From assembly GCA_963816375.1 (NCBI GenBank), contig CAWFKK010000005.1, forward strand, positions 7,345 through 71,344: a DNA stretch of 64,000 bases. Direction: 5' to 3'. Both the position numbers and the translations under genes were made by a program. This DNA comes from an uncultured Flavobacteriaceae bacterium (lineage in GTDB: Bacteria; Bacteroidota; Bacteroidia; Flavobacteriales; Flavobacteriaceae). The stretch's first letter is position 1. Each line of letters starts with the position of its first letter. This document shows, in pieces, positions 41,778 to 53,700 of this stretch. The notes under the pieces were generated by a model, which saw only the letters and a program-made list of their open reading frames with translations, was not told the origin of the DNA and did no database searches.

Positions 41778-44700
41778 TTACATATTTCTTCTATACTGTC
41801 CACCTACTTCAAACAAAGCCTGGGTGATTTGTCCTAAAGAACAAACTTTGGTAGCTTCCATCAATGCTTCAAAAATATTTTCATTTTTAATAGCGCTTCT
41901 TAATTTCATCTAAAGCTTTTTCTGCTGAATCTTCTTTGGCTTTATGCAAATTCTGAAGGGTATTGATTTGATATTTCTTTTCTTCTTCTGTTGCTCTAAT
42001 TACTTCTCCCGGAGATACCGTTGGAGAACCTGTAGAACTTAAAAAGGTATTAACTCCAATAATTGGAAATTCGCCATTATGCTTTAAGGTTTCATAATAC
42101 AAACTTTCTTCCTGAATTTTACTGCGTTGATACATGGTTTCCATAGCGCCAAGAACTCCACCGCTTTCGGTAATTCTATCAAATTCTAACAAAACAGCTT
42201 CTTCCACAAAATCGGTCAATTCTTCAATAATAAAAGCTCCTTGAATTGGATTTTCATTTTTCGCCAATCCTAATTCTTTATTGATAATCAATTGAATGGC
42301 CATCGCTCTTCGAACTGAATCTTCTGTTGGCGTTGTAATAGCTTCATCATAGGCATTGGTATGAAGCGAGTTACAGTTATCATAAATAGCATACAACGCT
42401 TGAAGGTTGTTCGAATATCATTAAAATCGATTTCCTGAGCATGTAAAGATCTTCCTGAAGTTTGAATATGATATTTCAACATTTGAGCTCGTTCATTGGC
42501 TCCATATTTATGCTTTAAGGCTTTTGCCCAAATTTTACGGGCAACTCTACCAATAACTGCATATTCAGGATCAATACCATTAGAGAAAAAGAAAGAAAAG
42601 TTTGGACCAAACTTATTAATATCCATTCCTCTACTTAAATAATATTCTACATAAGTAAATCCATTGGCCAAAGTTAAAGCTAATTGTGTAATAGGATTTG
42701 CTCCGGCTTCAGCAATATGATATCCAGAAATAGAAACCGAATAGAAATTTCTTACTTTCTCTTCAATAAAATATTCCTGAACATCACCCATCAAACGCAA
42801 GGCAAATTCTGTTGAGAAAATACAGGTATTTTGAGCTTGGTCTTCTTTTAAAATATCTGCTTGAACGGTTCCTCGACTACGTTTGAGTATGCTTTTTTAT
42901 GTCTTCATAAACATCTGCAGGAAGAACTTGATCTCCTGTTACTCCAAGCAACATCAATCCAAGACCATTATTACCTTCCGGTAATTCTCCATGATAAGTA
43001 GGTCTATCTACACTTTTATCTTTATAGATCTTTTTGATCTTCTCTTCAACTTCTTTTTCTAGTCCATTTTCTTTAATATATTTTTCACATTGTTGATCGA
43101 TAGCTGCATTCATAAAAAAACCAAGTAACATTGGTGCAGGACCATTAATGGTCATACTCACCGATGTCATTGCATCTGCAAAATCAAATCCTGAATACAG
43201 TTTTTTAGCATCATCTAAACAACAAATAGAAACTCCTGCATTACCAATTTTTCCATAGATATCTGGTCTAAAATCTGGATCGTTTCCATAAAGTGTTACA
43301 GAATCAAAAGCGGTAGATAAACGTTTTGCAGGTAATCCCTGACTTACATAATGAAAACGTCTATTGGTTCGTTCTGGTCCACCTTCTCCGGCAAACATTC
43401 TTGTAGGATCTTCTCCTGCTCTTTTAAACGGATAAACCCAGCTGTATAAGGAAATTCTCCCGGTACATTTTCTTGAAGACACCATCTTAAAATATCTCCC
43501 CAGGCTTGATATTTTGGTAAAGCTATTTTAGGGATCTGGGTATGAGAAAGAGATTCTGTATGAGTTTCAACTTTTATCTCTTTATCTCGAACCTTAAAGG
43601 TATAAATAGGTTTTTTATATTTATTTACTTTTTCACTCCAACCGGTAATTACTTCCCAATTGTATGGATCTAGATCCATTTTTACACGATCGAATTCTTT
43701 TTTAAGAAGATCTGTAAGATCAGAATTTTGTTCTGTTTTGCTTTCTTCTAAACTTTCTTCATCCAATCCATATTGAGAAAGTGAAGGTTTTACATTGGTA
43801 ACAGATTCTATGGTTTTATAAATTCCGTAAAGTTTTTGAGCCACTTCTACTTGAGAATCTAGCTTTCTCATCATAACCTCTATTATTTTCTGAAATTTCA
43901 GAAAGGTAACGTGTTCTTTTTGGCGGAATGATAAAGATCTTTTCACTTTTATCTTCGTTGATATCAAAAGTTGAATTAAAACCAGAATCGGTCTTTTCAT
44001 CTACTTTATTGATGATATTGCTATAAAGCGTATTCATTCCAGGATCGTTGAACTGAGATGCGATGGTTCCAAAAACTGGAAGTTTCTCTGCATCTTCATG
44101 CCATAACTGATGATTTCTCTGGTATTGCTTTTTCACATCGCGTAATGCATCTAAAGCTCCACGTTTATCAAATTTGTTGATCGCCACCAGATCAGCAAAA
44201 TCTAGCATATCAATTTTCTCCAATTGAGTAGCAGCCCCAAATTCTGGTGTCATTACATATAAAGAAGCATCAGAATGTTCTAATAATTTCGGTATCAGAT
44301 TGTCCGATTCCAGAAGTTTCTAAAATGATAAGATCATAATTAGCAGCTTTTAAAATATCTACCGCTTCTGCAACATATTTAGACAAGGCTAAGTTAGATT
44401 GTCTGGTTGCCAAAGAACGCATGTAAACTCTAGAGTTATTAATGGCGTTCATTCTAATTCTATCTCCTAAAAGTGCACCTCCGGTTTTTTTCTTTGATGG
44501 ATCTACAGAAACAATCCCAATAGTTTTCTCAGGAAAATCGATTAAAAATCTTCTTACCAATTCATCTACCAAAGAAGATTTTCCTGAGCCACCTGTTCCG
44601 GTAATCCCTAAAACAGGAGTTTTATGCTCCGGCATTTTATATATTCATCAAAAACCTTTTTGAAATCTTCATGTCTATTTTCAGCTAAAGAAATCAATCT

Positions 44701-45208
44701 TGCAATGGTATTTACATCTTTACTTTTCAGCAATTCTTCAGCCTTGATCTTCCTTCTCTAATTTTGGAGTTGGAGTATCTGCAGTTTTAACAAGATCATT
44801 GATCATTCCCTGCAATCCCATTTCTCTTCCATCATCTGGAGCATAAATTCTGGTAATACCATAATCCATCAATTCCTTGATCTCTTCGGGAAGAATTACT
44901 CCTCCACCACCACCAAAGATCTTGATGTGCTCTGCTCCTTTTTCCTTTAGCAGATCATACATATACTTAAAATACTCATTATGACCACCTTGATAAGAAG
45001 TCATAGCAATTGCATTGGCATCTTCCTGAATGGCACAATTCACCACTTCTTCTACACTTCTATCATGTCCTAAATGAATTACCTCCACTCCGGTAGACTG
45101 AATAATTCTACGCATAATATTTATGGCAGCATCATGTCCATCAAAAAGAGAGGCAGCTGTTACTATTCTTACTTTATTCTTGGGTATATAAGGAGTCTGT
45201 ACTTCCAT
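41778..45208 (-). CDS. icmF: Fused B12-dependent isobutyryl-CoA mutase/GTPase IcmF (about 7 frameshifts)
   Basis: B12 domain [14 protein letters not shown]; GTPase [20 protein letters not shown]; mutase [44 protein letters not shown]. Confidence 0.92.
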
Positions 45209-45423
45209 TGGTATATTTTAATTTTTGCTGCCGCAATTTACGAATTTCGCAACGAACTTTCCACTTAAGAGGTTATTTTAAAGATTCTCATAAATTACAA
45301 GCTCAATTTTATTCGTAACAGGCAGGAACTAATTAATAAGCGATAATATTAATTGAGGGTTTTAATATAACTATAACACCAATTGATATAAATAAAGCTG
45401 ATTTTTATAGAAAATACTGAATT

Positions 45424-46128
45424 ATGAAAAAATACCTACTCCTATTACTCTTACCAATTTTTACCGGTTGTGCAGAATTACAAGATATTGCAACTCAATT
45501 ACCAGGCTCTGAATATGGAGTAACTAATACCGAAATATCCTCGGGCTTAAGAGAAGCTTTAAATTTTGGAATAGACAAACAAGTTACGAAGCTAACGCAG
45601 GAGGATGGGTTTTTTAAAAATGATTTAGTAAGAATTACTTTACCTCCGGAATTACAAAAAGTAGATCAAACCTTACGAAGCGTTGGATTGAGTTCTTTAG
45701 CAGATGAAGGTTTAAAAGTCTTAAATCGCGCTGCTGAAGATGCCGTAAAAGAAGCTACTCCAATCTTTGTTAATGCAGTGCAGCAGATTACTTTTAATGA
45801 TGCTAGAAATATCCTTTTAGGGAATAATACTGCCGCCACTACTTATCTTACTCAAAAGACCGAAGATCAGCTTTACGCAAAATTCAACCCGGTTATTTCT
45901 AATTCTTTAGATAAAGTGGGTGCAACTCAAGTATGGACAAATATTATTCAAAAATATAACAACTTACCATTAGCAGCTAAGGTAAATCCAGATCTGCCAG
46001 ACTACGTAACCAATGAAGCATTAAAAGGTGTTTATACTATGATAGCAGTAGAAGAAAAACAAATACGTACCGATCTGGCTTCTAGAACCACAAGATTATT
46101 ACAACGTGTTTTTTCTCTTCAGGATTAA
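45424..46128 (+). CDS. DUF4197 lipoprotein
   Basis: Lipobox TGC; GLREAL, LNRAAEDA, EEKQIR..RTTRLLQRVF. Confidence 0.9.
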   Translation: MKKYLLLLLLPIFTGCAELQDIATQLPGSEYGVTNTEISSGLREALNFGIDKQVTKLTQEDGFFKNDLVRITLPPELQKVDQTLRSVGLSSLADEGLKVLNRAAEDAVKEATPIFVNAVQQITFNDARNILLGNNTAATTYLTQKTEDQLYAKFNPVISNSLDKVGATQVWTNIIQKYNNLPLAAKVNPDLPDYVTNEALKGVYTMIAVEEKQIRTDLASRTTRLLQRVFSLQD

Positions 46129-46234
46129 CACAATTAACGACAAACAGCAATTTTAACCTTAAAATTACAAAACCTTTAACCTCAGGTTAATAAATAGTAA
46201 AGATTTAAGGGCTTAAATTTGCGATCTAAAGAAG

Positions 46235-46429
46235 ATGATGATGTTAGGAAATTTGTTTTATAAGAGTGAAGAAGATAGATTATGTCAGAAATATTCTGAA
46301 TTGATGAGTCAGTCTTTTAGAGTGGCGCTATACAATAAAGAAAAAAGTGACAAAATAAGAGCAAGAGCTAAAAAGATCTTGCAGCAATTAAAGTCTATGA
46401 ATTGCAAAAAGTTAGATAACGGTATTTAA
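46235..46429 (+). CDS. Small helical protein (Lacal_2735-like)
   Basis: LFYKSEEDRLCQKYSELMSQSF..SD; TAAATTTG box upstream. Confidence 0.55.
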   Translation: MMMLGNLFYKSEEDRLCQKYSELMSQSFRVALYNKEKSDKIRARAKKILQQLKSMNCKKLDNGI

Positions 46430-46441
46430 AAAGAAGATCGG

Positions 46442-47206
46442 CTATTTAATTGTCTTAAAATAATCAAAGGCTTTTAAGAGCCTGGATCCATACCAACTAA
46501 AATATTCCCCATCCACAAGCATAATTTCTGAATTAAGCTGTTCTTTTAATTCTGAAATATGTTTTTGTTTGAAGGGGTAAGGCTCAGATGATAATAATAT
46601 TAATTCTGGAGCTAATTTTATAAGTTCATCTAAGTCTATTTCGGGATATCTTGAATTGGAGGATTCAAACACATTCTCCCAGCCGTTTAATTTCAGCATA
46701 GAATTTATGAAGGTATCTCCTCCCACAGCCATCCACGGCTTTCGCCAGATTAAATAAGCAACCTTTTTAAGTTGATGATAAATGGAGTTCACTCGCTTTA
46801 TGCTGAATGTCATTCATCAATTTTGAAGCTGTTATCCTTAACTCTGAAAGATCTCACCGTATTGTGAGATCAGCTGATAAGTGTCTTCCAAACTGATAAC
46901 ATTAGAAATATGAACTGGAGCTATCTTTTCCAATTCCAACACCATTTCTAAAGTATTCTCTTCTTTGTTACACAAAATTATATCTGGAGACAGATCTCGA
47001 ATTCTATCAAAATGTACATTTTTGGTGCCTCCTACTATCTTTTTTTCTTTCCGAAGATTTTCTGGATGTACGCAGAATTTAGTTATTCCAACTATGGAAG
47101 CTTCTAAACCTAAATAGCATAATAATTCAGTTTGACTTGGCACCAAGGAAATTATTCTCTTTGGAACACCCTCCAAAATAACCTCTCTGCCTAACTGATC
47201 TTTCAC
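46442..47206 (-). CDS. Helical-backbone (BtuF/TroA-like) substrate-binding protein (frameshifted)
   Basis: RIISLVPSQTE, GITKFCVHP, GGTK, NKEEN, LSSEPYPF, DGEYFSWYG. Confidence 0.88.
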
Positions 47207-47215
47207 TTTCAGAAT

Positions 47216-48035
47216 TTAAAGATTTTTCATTTGCTCTGCCATTTCACGTTGCATAACTTCAGCTTTAGCGGCAGCTATTTCAGCAAAATTAGAGCTTTCA
47301 GAAGCATAAATAATTCCGCGGGAAGAATTTACCAAGAGACCCACATTCTTATTCATTCCGTATTTACAAACCTCTTCCAAACTTCCGCCCTGAGCTCCTA
47401 CTCCCGGAACTAATAGAAAACTATCCGGAACTATTTTTCTAATATCGGCAAGATATTCTGCTTTGGTAGCACCCACTACATACATCAATCTTTCAGAATT
47501 TTCCCAGGTTTTAGAAACTTCGATCACTTTTTTATAAAGCTGAGTATCATCGGTCTTTAAAGTTTGAAAATCGAAAGCCCCTTCGTTTGAAGTTAAGGCA
47601 AGTAAAATGGTATGTTTATTTCTGATGTAAAGAAAAGGCTCTACAGAATCTTTCCCCATATAGGGCGCAACGGTTACAGAATCGAATGCCATTTCCTGTA
47701 AAAAAGCTTTTGCATACATAGCAGAAGTATTACCTATATCGCCTCGTTTAGCATCTGCAATTGTAAATATTTCTGGGTAATTCTCATTTAAATATTCTAT
47801 GGTCTTATTCAAGGCTTTCCAACCTTTTTTACCTTCTGCTTCATAAAAAGCAGTGTTAGGTTTATAGGCTACAGCAAATTGATGGGTGGCATCTATAATT
47901 GCCTTATTGAACTCGAAAATTGGATCTTCTTCAGACAAAAGATACGTTGGAATTTTTTCCAGATCTGTATCCAAGCCTATGCATAGAAAAGATTTCTTTT
48001 TAAATATTTGCTCAACTAAGCTCTGCTGTAGTCAT
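47216..48035 (-). CDS. pyrF: Orotidine-5'-phosphate decarboxylase (frameshift near the start)
   Basis: [44 protein letters not shown]. Confidence 0.96.
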
Positions 48036-48078
48036 AAAAAATAAGGTTTAAGGTAAAGATAAGTTGCTTATTAGACAT

Positions 48079-48105
48079 AAAAAAATCCCGCAATTGCGGG
48101 ATCTT
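48079..48105 (-). terminator. Intrinsic terminator after prfA
   Basis: ATCCCGC-aatt-GCGGGAT hairpin with a U-tract on the minus strand. Confidence 0.85.
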
Positions 48106-48119
48106 ATATAGGTAATAAC

Positions 48120-49196
48120 TTAAAAAACATCGCTGTTTTCCTTCAGTTTTTCTGTGTTATCTACAAGTTGAAGTTCATCTATGATCTTCTGAATATCACC
48201 ATTGATGATATTTGAAAGATCATAAAGCGTAAGGTTGATACGGTGATCTGTTACCCTACCTTGAGAGTAGTTATACGTTCTAATTTTAGCACTTCTATCT
48301 CCACTGGCAACCATAGAGTTTCTCTTTGCAGAATCTGCTTCCATTTTCTTGGCAAGTTCCATCTCATACAAACGGGAACGCAATACTCTAAAAGCTTTTT
48401 CCTTATTCTTGTGCTGAGATTTTTGATCTTGACATTGTGCTACCAATCCTGTAGGAACGTGGGTTAAACGCACCGCAGAATATGTGGTGTTTACAGACTG
48501 ACCTCCAGGACCAGAAGAACAGAAATAATCTATTCTTACATCTTTAGGATTTATCTCTACATCAAACTCTTCTGCTTCCGGTAAAACCATAACCGTTGCT
48601 GCAGAGGTATGAACTCTCCCTTGAGTTTCGGTTTGCGGCACACGTTGTACACGGTGAACACCCGCTTCAAACTTTAAAGTTCCATAAACATCTTCTCCAG
48701 AGATCTCAAAGATCATCTCTTTAAATCCACCACTGGTACCTTCATTATAATCTACAATATTGGCTTTCCAGCCTTTACTCTCTGCATATTTATTATACAT
48801 TTTGTAAAGATCTCCCGCAAAGATACTGGCTTCATCTCCCCCGGTACCTGCACGAATTTCCATCACCACGTTCTTAGCGTCTTCAGGATCTTTAGGCACC
48901 AACATCATTCTGATTTTATCTTCCAGACCAGGCAATTGACCTTTAGCTTCATCTAATTGCATCTTGGCCATTTCGGTCATTTCAGCATCACTTCCATCTG
49001 CAATAACTTCTTGAGCTTCTGCGATGTTTTCTGTTAGACGAATGTATTTTTCACGCTCATCCATGAGCGCTTTTAAATCTTTATATTCTTTATTAAGTTC
49101 TACATAACGTTTTTGATCTTGCATGATATCTGGCTGAATGATCAGGTCATTCACCTCGTCAAAACGTTGCTTCACTATGTTCAGCTTCTCAATCAT
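48120..49196 (-). CDS. prfA: Peptide chain release factor 1
   Basis: [17 protein letters not shown] (PxT), [12 protein letters not shown]. Confidence 0.98.
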   Translation of the reverse strand: MIEKLNIVKQRFDEVNDLIIQPDIMQDQKRYVELNKEYKDLKALMDEREKYIRLTENIAEAQEVIADGSDAEMTEMAKMQLDEAKGQLPGLEDKIRMMLVPKDPEDAKNVVMEIRAGTGGDEASIFAGDLYKMYNKYAESKGWKANIVDYNEGTSGGFKEMIFEISGEDVYGTLKFEAGVHRVQRVPQTETQGRVHTSAATVMVLPEAEEFDVEINPKDVRIDYFCSSGPGGQSVNTTYSAVRLTHVPTGLVAQCQDQKSQHKNKEKAFRVLRSRLYEMELAKKMEADSAKRNSMVASGDRSAKIRTYNYSQGRVTDHRINLTLYDLSNIINGDIQKIIDELQLVDNTEKLKENSDVF

Positions 49197-49289
49197 AAAA
49201 TTTTGGATGATTTTTCAGTGCCAAATTTACGATAAATCGATGGATTTAACAGAATTTGAATTACAGGTTTAAAAGAAAATTTAACTCAG

Positions 49290-49995
49290 CTAGATCATAT
49301 CTTCAGAATATTGCAAGACTTCAGCCTTATCTAAATTTGCAAATTTCACCAAACATAACAAGCCAATTAAATAGAAAAGTCTGTCTGGATAATAGAATTC
49401 ATCAACCCTTAAATAATAGGAGATAAACCCGGAAATATCAGAAAAAATAAAACCTAAAATGGCAGCAGATAAAATAAAAAGAAGATTTATTAGAATATCT
49501 ATGATTAAAAGAAAAAGCAAAGATCACTAAAGAGATCATCACAAATCCGAATAAAAAGAAAAGCAAGGAATGTATATTATCGTCCATTCCGCCTTCCACC
49601 ATATCTATCAACAAGAATAACATCACGGTATTAATGGCTAACACTAACACGAATAAGACTTTCTGAAAAAAATTGGTTTTTAGATTCTTAACGTACGGAC
49701 TAATATGTATGATTAAAGAGATATATGCCAAAATTACCAACCCAAAAGTGATCTTTTTAAAAAGCGGATCTTCATAATTAAGCATAAAGAAATCTGACAG
49801 CATCAAAAGAAAAAATCCGAGTAATAAAAAGCTTTGCCTTTTATTAAAAACTTTAAAGAAGATCCCCAAATAGAAAAAGCTAGAAATTATGCGTAACCAT
49901 CGGCTTTCCATCAACCCGTATTGAGAGATCACAAAAAAATTGAGGATTAAAAGTAAAATCCCAGAAATTCCCAAAATGGGGTTTAGTTGCTTCAT
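49290..49995 (-). CDS. Polytopic membrane protein, paralog 1 (frameshift near 49465)
   Basis: About 7-8 TM; LLMLSDFF and ILGFIFSD..FYYPDR motifs. Confidence 0.6.
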
Positions 49996-50071
49996 TTAGA
50001 TACTATATACTAAACAGTACGTAAAAATTGAAGCGCCGGTTTTAAACAGTGAGGATTTTCTGGTCTAAAAA

Positions 50072-50784
50072 TTAACTATTGATATTCTTAGTAAAGAGGT
50101 CTTTAGAATGTGCATCTCGTTGTGTTGCAGCATTTACATATTGAACTAAAAAAGCGACTCCTAAAAGATTGAAGATCCTATCTGGGATGTAAAATTCTTC
50201 AAACTCAAATAGAAAGCTATAAAGTAAGTAAGGTCTGAAAAAATTAAGCCCAGTACCGCTGCAATAAAAAATAAAGAGATCTTATTTTCATACCTATTAC
50301 TATAAGATATAGCCGCGCTTACTACAAAAATTATTGCAAGCCCATATATATAAAACAGCGTTCTAAATGAATCATACTCATAATGACTGGGCACCATTTC
50401 TGCTAAAGCAAATAACAGAAAAAATTTATTAAAAGAACCACTCCAAACACAGCTACCTGTGATAATTCAACTTTTAGCTTTTTATTTTTTTACCACCAAA
50501 GATAAGAGCAAAAAGTAGATGCATATTCTCATTACAAAGGTGAGCAAATTGAAATATGGGTATTTTGTAAAAGATTATAAATCCATCATTGGCAATAAAA
50601 GAACAAAAAGCAAAAATGTTTTTTCTTATAGGTTCTAGAAAATATTAAAAACAGCAAAAAACATCAACATATTCCCAAAACGTAAATAATCGCTTACCAA
50701 CGTAGAAAACTCCAGCATAACCCAAATATTGATAATAATCAAAAGGGCTGTAATTACTGGTAAGGTTAATTTACTCAGATTCAT
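50072..50784 (-). CDS. Polytopic membrane protein, paralog 2 (multiple frameshifts)
   Basis: Starts MNLSKLTLPV; VLGLIFSD..FYIPDR aligns with the neighbouring gene. Confidence 0.55.
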
Positions 50785-50885
50785 AGGGATACTGCTTTTC
50801 AGAAACAAACTAAAATTTAGGCTGATAAAAATACTTTTACTTTATATCATGAAGTTATTCAATTGAATTAAACCAAATGCAAAAT

Positions 50886-52066
50886 TTAATACTCAAAGTT
50901 CCCCTTTTCACTTTTTATTGTGAGTTTTTTAGTATTTGAAGCCTCTACCCTACCAATAATCTTGGCATTTACGTTGAAGGATTTAGATATTTCAATAATA
51001 TCTTCTGCAATAGATTCATCTACATAAAGCTCCATTCTATGCCCCATATTAAAGACCTGATACATTTCTTTCCAGTCGGTTTTACTTTCCTCCTGAATGA
51101 GTTTAAAAAGAGGTGGCACCTCAAACATATTATCTTTAATAATATGCAAATTATCTATAAAGTGAAGTATTTTGGTTTGGGCACCGCCGCTGCAATGCAC
51201 CATTCCGTTAATCTCTTTATTGGTATACTTAGACAGAATCTTTTTTGATAATTGGCGCATAAGTTCTAGTGGGAGAAAGCACCAGTTTACCTGCATCTAA
51301 AGGCGAATCTTGAATGCTATCGGTTAAATTCTTGGTACCTGAATATATTAAGCTCTTCAGGAATGCTATTATCAAAACTCTCCGGATATTTTTCTGCTAA
51401 AACTTTTGAAAAAACATCATGTCTGGCAGAAGTAAGTCCGTTACTCCCCATTCCTCCATTATATTCTTTCTCGTAGCTGGCTTGTCCGAAAGATTCCAAT
51501 CCAACAATTACATTTCCGGGTTTAATATTAGCATTATCAATAACGTCTGCTCTTTTCATTCTGGAGGTAACCGTAGAATCTACAATGATAGTTCTTACAA
51601 GATCTCCAACATCTGCGGTTTCTCCACCTGTGGAATGAATTTCCACTCCAAATTCTTTAAGATCTTTAAGCAGTTCTTCTGTACCGTTAATTATTGCTGA
51701 AATTACTTCCCCAGGAATTAGATTTTTATTTCTCCCTATAGTTGAAGAAAGCATGATATTATCTGTAGCACCCACACATAGAAGATCATCTATATTCATG
51801 ATAAGCGCATCTTGAGCTATACCTCTCCAAACCGAAAGATCTCCGGTTTCTTTCCAGTACATATAAGCCAAAGAAGATTTGGTACCGGCGCCATCTGCAT
51901 GCATGATCAAGCAATACTCCTCATCCCCGGTAAGATAATCTGGCACTATTTTACAAAAAGCTTTAGGAAAAAGCCCTTTATCTACATTTTTAATAGCATT
52001 ATGTACATCTTCTTTTCCTGCAGATACTCCGCGTCCGGCATATCTTTTACTTATTTCCTGGCTCAT
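50886..52066 (-). CDS. purM: AIR synthase (PurM-like, Bacteroidota type; frameshifted)
   Basis: RYAGRGVS, MHADGAGTKS, MNIDD, GGETADVGD, GSNGLT, HCSGG, VFNMG. Confidence 0.88.
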
Positions 52067-52134
52067 GGATATTTTTTTCTATGATGAGCCAAAGATAAAC
52101 AGTTTAAGGCTGACAGTAAAGCGATACTAAAACA

Positions 52135-52163
52135 AAAAAGACAGCCATTCAAAGACTGTCTTT
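52135..52163 (-). terminator. Terminator ending the curli operon
   Basis: AAAGACAG...CTGTCTTT stem with flanking A/T runs, 24 bp after the last gene. Confidence 0.75.
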
Positions 52164-52186
52164 CTTTTTAAAATTTACAAAACAGA

Positions 52187-53681
52187 TTACTCCCAATCTG
52201 GCATAAATGCATTTTGAAATAATTCTACTCTTTGCGCTTCAGCATTCATCTCACTCACTCCAACCATATAAATATTTATTGGTGATACCCCATCATTAGA
52301 AGTGTTGGTAAAAATAATACTAGCTTCATTAGGAGAAAATCTAGGATCAAGATCATTAAATCCTGCTTCTTTTCCTTGACTAAGATCTATACTTGTTTGA
52401 GTGTTAAAATTATAGTTAAAAATATGAGCGTTCAATTGTCTATAATCTGCACTTTCAAATTCTGAAATATCCCTGGTGTATAATAACGATTTTCCATCAA
52501 CAGATATATCCAAACCTCCAATAGCACCTTTTTGATTCTCCAAAATTGTACATTAATTTAGTTCCTGAATAGCTAATGGTGTAAATAGACGCATCATATC
52601 CATTCACATTTGTGGTAAGAATAGCTATAAATTTACTCACTTCATTTACTGCTACATTAGAAATAAATTTACCGTTTGGTGTTTCGTAAACCAAATCATT
52701 ACCTCCTCCTGTAATATCAATCTTATAAAGCTTGCTAAAATTTGGATACACGAGAGCTGTTCCATCCTCTATCCAGGAATATCCTATTTTTTCCAAATTG
52801 AATCCATTTACAGGTATATTTTTTGTAATCTGGATTTGTTTGGAACCATCAGGATCCATGGTGAACAATTGGGTTTGCCCCCCAACAGTTCTTAAAAATG
52901 CCACTTTATTGGTAGCATTATTCTTTCTAGGTCTAAAACTGTTGACATTGGATGATGTAAGCTGATATTCGCCCCCGGTTCCATCCGCTGAAAAAATTAC
53001 ATTATTCCCATTCACTTTTTTAACATAATAGTAGCGAGTCTTCGGAAATTGGGCGGTTTCAAAAGAATAAACTTTACTCAAAACTGGGGCATTAATACTA
53101 TCTGTTACCTTTATTTGCCAAAAATATTTCAAACCGTTTTGCAGTCCTTCCACCGTGTAGGTAGTATCCTGAATGTCCTCAAACTTAAGAACCTCGTTAT
53201 TTATGTCATTTCTCAGCTCCAGTTCATACGTAAGCATATCTCCATCTGCATCACTAGAACTCCATGCAAAATCTAAAGTTACATCTACTTCTGTAGCGTT
53301 ATCCTCCGGAAAAATAGCTATTGGCGTTAAAGGTTCTTTATTATTTCCAATTTCCTTTTTCATTTCAAAAATTACATTCACCTCTGTATTTGTATAAACT
53401 GTAGCTCCTTCAAAAGCAGTCAATAAATTCTCCTTTTTTGCCTGAACAGAATATTCTCCTTCAGGCACATTTTCAATGATAAAATTCCCTTCTTCATCTG
53501 TAAATACGGTAGAAGTTACAGGGTTTGTAGATATTTTTACATTGGCAATAGGCTCATTGGCGCCATCTGTAACAACAGTTCCGGTAATAATTCCTTTACC
53601 AAAAGATTCTACCGTGTCTTCACTACAACTAAATAGGGTAGCAATTAAAATTAAAACGAATATATATTTTAGTGATCTCAT
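52187..53681 (-). CDS. Curli-operon lipoprotein: carboxypeptidase-regulatory-like + FN3-like + TolB/PD40 beta-propeller (frameshift near 52550)
   Basis: Lipobox FSC; ITGTV..TDEEGNF..VPEGEYSV; FAWS..YEL..YFWQIKVTD; QLFTMDPDGSKQIQIT and DLDPRFSPN repeats. Confidence 0.75.
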
Positions 53682-53700
53682 GTGATTACGTATTTAATGA

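Noticed and set aside
41778-45208. Programmed frameshifting or pseudogenisation of icmF and other split genes
   Set aside because: Indels occur throughout the window, including in essential genes, with no consistent slippery motif. Sequencing error is the simpler explanation.
45209-47215. Cobalamin riboswitch near icmF or the BtuF-like gene
   Set aside because: No B12-box-like sequence seen; the binding-protein gene starts 9 bp after pyrF.
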